Shown: in pieces, positions 56,843 to 64,000 of the stretch
How the letters are laid out: every line of letters begins with the position of its first letter
Numbering within the stretch: the stretch's first letter is position 1
Virus record (IMG/VR): IMGVR_UViG_3300035698_010625
Coordinates: 32,001-96,000 of that record
Source of the DNA: a virus
DNA length: 64,000 bases
Direction: 5' to 3' (one strand)
Program-made: the position numbers and the translations under genes
The notes under the pieces: model-generated
What the model was told of the DNA's origin: nothing
What the model saw: the letters and a program-made list of their open reading frames with translations, nothing else
Database searches by the model: none

Positions 56843-56880
56843 TAATTATGCCCGCTTTGTGGTGATAAAGGTATATAAGA

Positions 56881-57906
56881 ATGGCACTTTGGCTTGATAT
56901 TAAGTACATGGCTTTAATCAGTAATCAATTAGAAAGGTACCAGCCGCTTAAGACTCAGCCTTTCTTAGCTAAGTTTCGCTGCAATATCTGTGGTGATAGT
57001 CAGAAGCATAAACATAAAGCACGCGGTTATGTGTACGAAGGAAAGAATGGATTAGCATTCAAGTGCCATAACTGCGCTGCTGCTATGAACTTTTACAGTT
57101 TCTTAGAATCAGTATCACCAGCGCTCCATAATGAATACCGTGCTGAGAAATACTTTGAAGATGATCGTAAGCGACCTCCTCGTGTACCTGAGCATAAAAA
57201 GAAAAGCAAAGCTGAGAAGACATACTTCAAGAATGGAGATGTCGTTGGAAAAAGTTACCAGTCCATTGCTGAGCTTCCAAAAGATCATCCTGCTCGAGTA
57301 TATTGTGAAAGTCGTGGCATTAGTCTGAAAGGCATGATGCGCTTATATTATGTAGACACTATTGATACTTTAGCGCAGAAGATGGGTGCTTACTTTAAGA
57401 AATCTGTTAGGCATCGTATCGGATTACCGTTCTTCAATAAGGATGGAACACTCAGTGCTATCACTTGTAGATCACTCGATCCCAATGAAGAGATGCGCTA
57501 TATTAACGTTAAATTTTATGACAACCCTAAGTTATTTGGTGTTGAGCAAGTAACAGATACAAAAAATATCCTCGTAGTTGAAGGTCCATTTGATAGTTTG
57601 TTTTTGCCTAATTGCGTTGCATCTGGAGATAGCAATCTCACACGTGTAAGTAATTGGTTTGATATTGACAAGTGTACACTTATCTTTGACAATGAGCCAC
57701 GCAACAAACACATTGTTAAACTGATGCTTGGTGGATGGCATAAAGGATTTAAAGTAGTTATTTGGCCTGAACGGGTAGAAGAGAAAGACATTAATGAGAT
57801 GGTGCTCAAAGGTCTAGATCCATTGACAATGATTAATGAGAACACATTCTCCGGAGCTGAATTGAGACTTCGTACTATAAAATGGAAGAAAGTAAATTAT
57901 GACTAA
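56881..57906 (+). CDS. DNA primase (gp61)
   Basis: FRCNICGDS...KCHNC zinc finger, VEGPFDS, FDNEPRN, KDINEM. Confidence 0.95.
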   Translation: MALWLDIKYMALISNQLERYQPLKTQPFLAKFRCNICGDSQKHKHKARGYVYEGKNGLAFKCHNCAAAMNFYSFLESVSPALHNEYRAEKYFEDDRKRPPRVPEHKKKSKAEKTYFKNGDVVGKSYQSIAELPKDHPARVYCESRGISLKGMMRLYYVDTIDTLAQKMGAYFKKSVRHRIGLPFFNKDGTLSAITCRSLDPNEEMRYINVKFYDNPKLFGVEQVTDTKNILVVEGPFDSLFLPNCVASGDSNLTRVSNWFDIDKCTLIFDNEPRNKHIVKLMLGGWHKGFKVVIWPERVEEKDINEMVLKGLDPLTMINENTFSGAELRLRTIKWKKVNYD

Positions 57907-58249
57907 TGAAACACATATTTATTGTGAAGATTGTAAATGGTTTAAACCACCTCTACGATATATCGGGTGGTTTTTTGGCGATGTAGCAGGATGTAGTAAT
58001 CCAAACAATTCTTCTATAAATTTATTGCAACGTAATAAAGCATATCGTGATTGTGGTTATGCCCGCTCTACTGAAAATCTTTGTGGGATAAAAGCAAGAC
58101 ATTTTGAGCCTACTTCATCTGGTTTAATGCGCAAATTTATTGAAGAATACGAAGCACGAGATAATGCAATTCATACTCCACCGTTTAAAGAAGCTAAAGC
58201 AGAACCAGGATGTAATTCTAGTAACTATCGCTATGATCCAGGAGAATAA
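57899..58249 (+). CDS. Cys-rich hypothetical protein
   Basis: CEDCKWF...C...C..AR...CG...F. Confidence 0.55.
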   Translation: MTNETHIYCEDCKWFKPPLRYIGWFFGDVAGCSNPNNSSINLLQRNKAYRDCGYARSTENLCGIKARHFEPTSSGLMRKFIEEYEARDNAIHTPPFKEAKAEPGCNSSNYRYDPGE

Positions 58250-58251
58250 TT

Positions 58252-58545
58252 ATGAAAACACCACAAGATCGTATAAATGAATATGATAAGTACATCTTTA
58301 TACTCAAAGAAGATCGTGAAGCAATTCACCGTAGAACACTTAGTGCACTCACTAGCGCTACTTTCTATCAACGGCGTATGATGGAGCAAGAAGAAAGTAT
58401 ACTCATGGCATTAGAAGCATTAAGAATAAGAGACGGTAAACACGCCTGGAATATTCTTTGTGATGAAATGTCGTGGACTCGTAATATTTCTAAAGATGAA
58501 AAACCCACCCGACTATCAAGATTCATTAACCCTAAAGAAGAGTAA
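58252..58545 (+). CDS. hypothetical protein
   Basis: GGAG RBS. Confidence 0.5.
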   Translation: MKTPQDRINEYDKYIFILKEDREAIHRRTLSALTSATFYQRRMMEQEESILMALEALRIRDGKHAWNILCDEMSWTRNISKDEKPTRLSRFINPKEE

Positions 58546-58547
58546 AC

Positions 58548-59219
58548 ATGGCAGACTATATAGCAAAACTAGTAGGATTCACTACACCTACTGAAGAATT
58601 TATCCGTGACATGATTGAGTCACCAGAAGACTTGATTGCTTACTGTGCACGTGTAAGTAATCCTAGCAATCAATTGAACACACAAACTGCAAGTAAATTG
58701 CTTGATTATTGTGCACGTAACAATCATTGGTCAATATTTGAAATGTGTAACGCTGTTGTGGAAATTAATCTTACACGTGACATCGGCCGCCAAGTACTTC
58801 GGCATAGATCATTCAGCTTTCAAGAGTTCAGTCAACGGTATGCGTCAGTAGCAGAAATGCATCCTATGGTATGCGAAGTACGTCTTCAAGATACTAAGAA
58901 TAGACAGAATTCTATCGCTACTGACGACGAAGATTTAGCGTTATGGTGGAATGAAAAGCAATATGAAATCTGGCTGGAGTGTATGGATCTTTACAAAGAA
59001 GCACTTGACAGAGGTATTGCAAAAGAATTAGCGCGTAAGGTTATGCCAGAAGGTCTAACACCCTCACGTATGTATATGAATGGTACTATCAGATCGTGGA
59101 TCCATTACATTGGTTTACGCACAGGACACGGCACCCAAAAAGAACATATTGATGTTGCCCGTGCTATCGGTAATGTACTCATTCCTATCTATCCAGACAT
59201 TGTTCGGGTTATGAAATGA
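58548..59219 (+). CDS. thyX: flavin-dependent thymidylate synthase
   Basis: HWSIFE, RQVLRHRSFSFQEFSQRY, TQKEH. Confidence 0.96.
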   Translation: MADYIAKLVGFTTPTEEFIRDMIESPEDLIAYCARVSNPSNQLNTQTASKLLDYCARNNHWSIFEMCNAVVEINLTRDIGRQVLRHRSFSFQEFSQRYASVAEMHPMVCEVRLQDTKNRQNSIATDDEDLALWWNEKQYEIWLECMDLYKEALDRGIAKELARKVMPEGLTPSRMYMNGTIRSWIHYIGLRTGHGTQKEHIDVARAIGNVLIPIYPDIVRVMK

Positions 59220-59316
59220 AACCAAATGATGATTTTGTGTATGATATAATCATCTGGTATTCCTGGTAATCTCACTAATATATAAACTTACTAAACAATA
59301 ATAACAAGGAAAATGA

Positions 59317-61107
59317 ATGGAATTTCATGGTATTACAGTCGACCCAAACCGCGACGAACTATTTGATGAAAACGGAATCCAACGCTTAAAAGATTCATAC
59401 ATGCGTGATGAAGAGATTTCACCACAAGAACGTTTCGCGTTCGTGTCAAAGACTTTTGCTACTGACGCAGCACATGCTCAACGACTGTACGACTATGCTT
59501 CCCAACACTGGCTTTCTTACTCTACACCAATCCTATCATACGGTAAATCAAGAAATGGACTCCCAATCTCTTGTTATCTCAATTGGATTCCGGATACTTC
59601 CGAGGGCCTTGTAGATACACTAGCAGAAACAAACTGGTTATCAATGCTTGGAGGTGGTGTTGGTGTAGGCTTTGGTATTCGCTCATCAGACGATAAGTCT
59701 ACTGGAGTGATGCCACATCTTAAAATGTATGACGCTTCTTCATTAGCATACCGTCAGGGCAAGACACGTCGTGGATCATACGCTGCATATCTTAACATTG
59801 AACACCCAGACATTATTCAGTTCTTGGAGATGCGTAAACCCACAGGTGATCAAAATTTCAGATGTTTAAACCTACATCATGGCGTGAATGTAAGTAACAA
59901 ATTCATGAAGATCATTGAAGAAGCTATGACTAATCCAGATGTCGATGACTCTTGGGAGTTAAAGGATCCACACTCTGGTGAAGTAGTAGAGACGGTGTCG
60001 GCAAAGGATATGTGGCAACGAATTATCGAGACGCGTATGCATACAGGAGAACCTTATCTACACTTCATTGATACTTCTAACGACCACTTAAAGCAATGGT
60101 TTAAGGATGCAGGACTATCCATTAAACAATCAAATCTCTGCTCCGAAATTACTTTAGTTACTGATCTTCTACGCACTGCTGTATGCTGTCTATCGTCACT
60201 CAATCTTGTTTACTTCGATCAATGGTCTACTAACAAAATGTTCCTTGCTGATGTACTGGAGATGCTTGATAATGTACTTCAATACTTTATCGAAAACGCT
60301 CCAGATTCTATCTCACGTGCTGTCTTCTCTGCTATGGATGAACGTTCGGTTGGTGTTGGAGCACTAGGCTTCCATGCTTATCTACAACAGAAGAATATAC
60401 CATTTGAGTCAGCAATGGCTAAATCGACTAATATGCGAATCTTTAAACATATTCGTACACAACTCGATCTTGCTAATGTCATGCTCGCTAAGAAACGCGG
60501 TGAAGCACCTTTAGCAAAAGGATATGGCGTACGTAACTCGCATGTAATGGCAATCGCTCCTAATGCTTCATCATCGATTATTATGGGTAACACTAGCCCA
60601 TCTATCGAACCATGGCGCGCTAACGCTTATCGGCAAGATACACTAAGTGGTTCCTTTCTCAACAAAAATAAACATTTAGATGCTTTAATAGTGAGTAAGG
60701 TATCATCTGATCCTACATTAGATTATGATAAGATTTGGAGTAGCATAATTTCAAGTGATGGCTCTGTCCAACATCTGAAATGTCTCGACGATTATGAGAA
60801 AGACATTTATAAGACAGCAATGGAGATTGACCAACGTTGGGTAGTTGAACACGCAGCTGATAGACAGCCGTTCATTGACCAAGCACAGTCACTGAACTTA
60901 TTCTTTAGACCAGATGCTAACATTAAGTATCTACATGCTGTACATTTCTTAGCCTGGTCTAAAGGACTGAAAACACTCTACTATTGCCGCTCTGAAAAGA
61001 TTGGTAAAGCAGACAAAATCTCCAAACGTGTAGAACGTAATGTAATTAAAGAGTTAGATATGACAGCGATTGCAGCAGGTGAAGATTGTATCGCATGTGA
61101 GGGTTAA
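59317..61107 (+). CDS. nrdA: class I ribonucleotide reductase alpha subunit
   Basis: PISC, SNLCSE, APNASSS, KTLYY, C-terminal CIACEG. Confidence 0.96.
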   Translation: MEFHGITVDPNRDELFDENGIQRLKDSYMRDEEISPQERFAFVSKTFATDAAHAQRLYDYASQHWLSYSTPILSYGKSRNGLPISCYLNWIPDTSEGLVDTLAETNWLSMLGGGVGVGFGIRSSDDKSTGVMPHLKMYDASSLAYRQGKTRRGSYAAYLNIEHPDIIQFLEMRKPTGDQNFRCLNLHHGVNVSNKFMKIIEEAMTNPDVDDSWELKDPHSGEVVETVSAKDMWQRIIETRMHTGEPYLHFIDTSNDHLKQWFKDAGLSIKQSNLCSEITLVTDLLRTAVCCLSSLNLVYFDQWSTNKMFLADVLEMLDNVLQYFIENAPDSISRAVFSAMDERSVGVGALGFHAYLQQKNIPFESAMAKSTNMRIFKHIRTQLDLANVMLAKKRGEAPLAKGYGVRNSHVMAIAPNASSSIIMGNTSPSIEPWRANAYRQDTLSGSFLNKNKHLDALIVSKVSSDPTLDYDKIWSSIISSDGSVQHLKCLDDYEKDIYKTAMEIDQRWVVEHAADRQPFIDQAQSLNLFFRPDANIKYLHAVHFLAWSKGLKTLYYCRSEKIGKADKISKRVERNVIKELDMTAIAAGEDCIACEG

Positions 61108-61267
61108 ATGACACAACGCGTAATATCAGAAGCAGATGAATTTAAAGTAATTTTAGATGAAAATGGAATGATTGATATAATAGACGGAGAAGAAGTTATC
61201 CGTGTAACTATGTTTGAAGACGAATGGGACGCACTCTACGCTTCCTACGTAAAAGGAGATGTATATT

Positions 61268-61531
61268 ATGTTTGGACTTAAAACTCTGGTCACTGTTGCA
61301 AAGAATCGTATTAGTGATGCAGCTGAAACAATCGGAGATAAAGCAGCAGATTTGATTGATGACGCTACTGATGCTCTGGATGAAGTTGGTGAAAAAGCAC
61401 AAGAGCTAAAAATTGCAGCTGGTACAAAAGCGCAAGCAATGAGTGAAGCTGCAAGTGATAAGTATGAAGACAGTAAAGAGCGTGTTAATCGTGCTGTCGG
61501 TGAATTCAAAAAGGATAATGATGAATACTAA
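61268..61531 (+). CDS. small amphipathic helical protein
   Basis: A/D/K-rich repeats, GGAG RBS. Confidence 0.5.
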   Translation: MFGLKTLVTVAKNRISDAAETIGDKAADLIDDATDALDEVGEKAQELKIAAGTKAQAMSEAASDKYEDSKERVNRAVGEFKKDNDEY

Positions 61532-62168
61532 TAGCGCACCACAGCTTATCAATGAATTACGAAAATTAATTCAACATCGGCGAAGCACAGATACAAATGA
61601 TGCTCGTTTATCTAGTTCAGTTATATTATGTGGGAGCCGAAGTAAAGCTGCGGGTTTAACAAATTTGAAAACCCCACCTCGTTGGGCACCTGCTGTCCGC
61701 AAGCATTTTCAAGAAAATGATGAATCTATCGATTTTGATTACTGTATAGACAATAGTAATTTTTATCATCTTTTAGAATTTGCTAGATTGTATCATTCTG
61801 AAGGATTGACACTCGATAACTACACTCACTATAAAGATAATATGTGTGTAGCTGTGGTAAAGAGTGCTAAACACAACCTTCAAATTGTAGTACGCACTAG
61901 TCTTATGCAGTATATGTCAGTTTGGAATGACATTTGCCCAGAATTTTTCTTTGGTTATATGTGGAAATCCCATCACTTGGTACCTTCACTATATGAAAGA
62001 AATTCTAGATCTGAGCATTGGATTACACAAGAAGATGTTTTAAACACTATGAACAGTCTATTTCAAATTGGGCATGTACATGGTTCATATTTAATTGATC
62101 ACAGTTCATGGATTATGTCAGAGACTCCAGAATTAGTCATTAAAGTTCACGAAGCACTGGATTTATAG
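61518..62168 (+). CDS. hypothetical protein, possible nucleotidyltransferase fold
   Basis: LCGSRS...DFDY. Confidence 0.45.
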   Translation: MMNTNSAPQLINELRKLIQHRRSTDTNDARLSSSVILCGSRSKAAGLTNLKTPPRWAPAVRKHFQENDESIDFDYCIDNSNFYHLLEFARLYHSEGLTLDNYTHYKDNMCVAVVKSAKHNLQIVVRTSLMQYMSVWNDICPEFFFGYMWKSHHLVPSLYERNSRSEHWITQEDVLNTMNSLFQIGHVHGSYLIDHSSWIMSETPELVIKVHEALDL

Positions 62169-62169
62169 A

Positions 62170-63078
62170 ATGAGAATTGCAGTATTATATCACTCCCTTA
62201 ATGGTCAAAAACATTGTGATGATGGATTTGGTTCTTATTGGGTAGCACGTAGAAGTCTTGGTGATGGCGCTGATTACTATCCAGTACAACACGGTCAACC
62301 ACATCCTTTAACACTTAGCGATTATGACCACGTCTATATTATTGACTTTTGTTATGCTCGCGCTACGCTCTTAGAAATGGCGGAAGGTTTATCTGATGGT
62401 CTCACTATCCTCGATCATCATATCACTGCCCGTGATGATGTAGAAGGCCTGGATGATCATCCCAAGATTAATCTTAAATTCGACATGGATCACTCTGGTG
62501 CTATGCTCGCATGGATGCATTTCTTTCATGATTACATGCTACCACCACCAGGAATTCAGTATATTGAAGACAATGATTTGTGGTTGTTTAATCACCCAGA
62601 AACAAAATCGTACATCAGGGCGCTTCGTGCATATGAGCAGGATTTTGACGTATGGACTGATATACTAACTAATCGAGAAACTATTGAGAGAATGGTGAGT
62701 CTTGAAGGACCGATTCTCGAAGCAAATTTCAACAAGTCAGTAAAAGAACACGTTGATACTTGCACTTGGGGTATTATTGGTGGAATGAAAGTTCCGATGT
62801 CTTCTTGTTCTCCTGAATACGTTTCTGATGTTTGTATGGAGCTAACTAACAAATATCCTGAAGCTAAATTCAGTGCAGCATATGTAGTCTATGGGAATAT
62901 GGTTAAATTATCATTCCGTTCAAATCGTGATCTTAGCAATTTTAATGTAGGTACAGTCGCTAGTATTTTTGGCGGAGGTGGTCACCGTAATGCTTCTGGT
63001 TGCCAAATCAATTTATCACAACTACAAGTGATGCATGATCTTGCGCCTTTCTTTGAAGGAGCGTATCCAGATACCTAG
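62170..63078 (+). CDS. DHH/DHHA1 phosphoesterase
   Basis: CDDG, IIDF, LDHH, SGA, SFRS, GGGGHRNASG. Confidence 0.9.
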   Translation: MRIAVLYHSLNGQKHCDDGFGSYWVARRSLGDGADYYPVQHGQPHPLTLSDYDHVYIIDFCYARATLLEMAEGLSDGLTILDHHITARDDVEGLDDHPKINLKFDMDHSGAMLAWMHFFHDYMLPPPGIQYIEDNDLWLFNHPETKSYIRALRAYEQDFDVWTDILTNRETIERMVSLEGPILEANFNKSVKEHVDTCTWGIIGGMKVPMSSCSPEYVSDVCMELTNKYPEAKFSAAYVVYGNMVKLSFRSNRDLSNFNVGTVASIFGGGGHRNASGCQINLSQLQVMHDLAPFFEGAYPDT

Positions 63079-63346
63079 AGGTCATCACCATGGATTTACT
63101 TACAGCTTTAGTAGTAATGGCGCTCTTTCTGACTATAACAAATCATTTTATATCAGAAAAAATGTGGGAAGATCCTACTGCTATTAAACTTCAATATATG
63201 AACTATTTGTTCGCTTCGATATTCATGCTAATATTCGTATATTCAGCAATTTTTTTAGTCGGTTTTGTCATACCGGTTATCTCAGTATTCCTAATTTGAA
63301 AACTAATACATAATGAAGAGGAACACATAATAAAGGTTAAGACTAC

Positions 63347-64000
63347 ATGTTAACAGATGAGAGAGCGTACTTCAAACCATTCAATTACGCATGGGCATAT
63401 GATTTATGGCTGAAGCACGAACAGGCACACTGGTTATTTTCAGAAGTGCCAATGATCGAGGATATGAAGGACTGGAAGATAAAGATTAATACAGTCGAGC
63501 GGTATTTTCTTACACAGATTTTCCGCTTCTTTACACAATCAGATATTGATGTAGCAGGTGGGTACGTTAACAATTACTTACCTAAATTTCCACAGCCCGA
63601 AGTGCGGATGATGTTGATGGGATTTGCAGCGAGAGAAGCAATTCATATCGCTGCTTATTCACACCTAATTGAAACACTAGGAATGCCTGATAGTACGTAT
63701 AACGAATTCTTTGAATATGATGCAATGCGGGAAAAACACGAATATTTTGCGTCTTTTGATAATGCAGAAGTAACAACATCACTACCCGCCCGCATGGCAG
63801 CAATATCAGTGTTCACAGAAGGATTAGCACTCTTTTCTTCTTTCATCATGTTACTTAATTTTCCACGTCACGGGAAGATGAAAGGTATGGGGCAGATTAT
63901 TACTTGGTCTATTGTAGATGAAACGATGCACGTAGAAGGAATTGTAAGACTCTTCCGTACGTACGTTGAAGAAAATAGAGAGATTTGGAACGACGAATTA
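63347..64000 (+). CDS. nrdB: class I ribonucleotide reductase beta subunit (3' truncated)
   Basis: MLTDERAYFKPFNYAWAY, FFTQSD, REAIH, EG..LFSSF, DETMH read from the + strand. Confidence 0.95.
   Translation, partial: MLTDERAYFKPFNYAWAYDLWLKHEQAHWLFSEVPMIEDMKDWKIKINTVERYFLTQIFRFFTQSDIDVAGGYVNNYLPKFPQPEVRMMLMGFAAREAIHIAAYSHLIETLGMPDSTYNEFFEYDAMREKHEYFASFDNAEVTTSLPARMAAISVFTEGLALFSSFIMLLNFPRHGKMKGMGQIITWSIVDETMHVEGIVRLFRTYVEENREIWNDEL

Noticed and set aside
36795-61107. introns or inteins in gp43, gp41, nrdA
   Set aside because: All are uninterrupted and of normal length
63385-63849. minus-strand ORFs at window end
   Set aside because: Antisense to nrdB, which runs off the window on the + strand
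1-64000. stop-codon reassignment
   Set aside because: Core genes translate full length in the standard code and end in TAA, TGA or TAG

Overview
A 64-kb segment of a large, AT-rich T4-like (T4 superfamily) myovirus genome. In order it contains: (1) the gp46 tail, a peptide deformylase and a cytosine-modification cluster (MazG-like NTPase, DUF1599-like protein, T4 gp42-type dCMP hydroxymethylase, glycosyltransferases, and two tandem C5-methyltransferase paralogs, one lacking the catalytic Cys); (2) gp45-gp44-gp62-regA; (3) a minus-strand block of small accessory genes; (4) a 0.5-kb non-coding switch region with eight copies of a 14-bp motif between divergent promoters, followed by a GC-richer AAA ATPase gene; (5) a ~13-kb RNA-gene island; (6) phoH, gp43, uvsX, dCMP deaminase, gp41, late/virion and lysis genes, a GIY-YIG endonuclease, primase, thyX, nrdA and the start of nrdB. 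The RNA island holds about 31 canonical tRNAs, about 10 tRNA-like genes with broken anticodon or D arms, several structured non-coding RNAs, a GOLLD-like giant RNA with an embedded tRNA-like element, and a minimal (~200 nt) RNase P RNA. The most notable candidate system is this phage RNA-processing module: mini RNase P ribozyme, a shared WCAAT leader on most tRNA genes, an RNase Z-like protein and tRNA-shaped non-coding RNAs. All calls come from reading the sequence by eye; no searches or folding programs were run.
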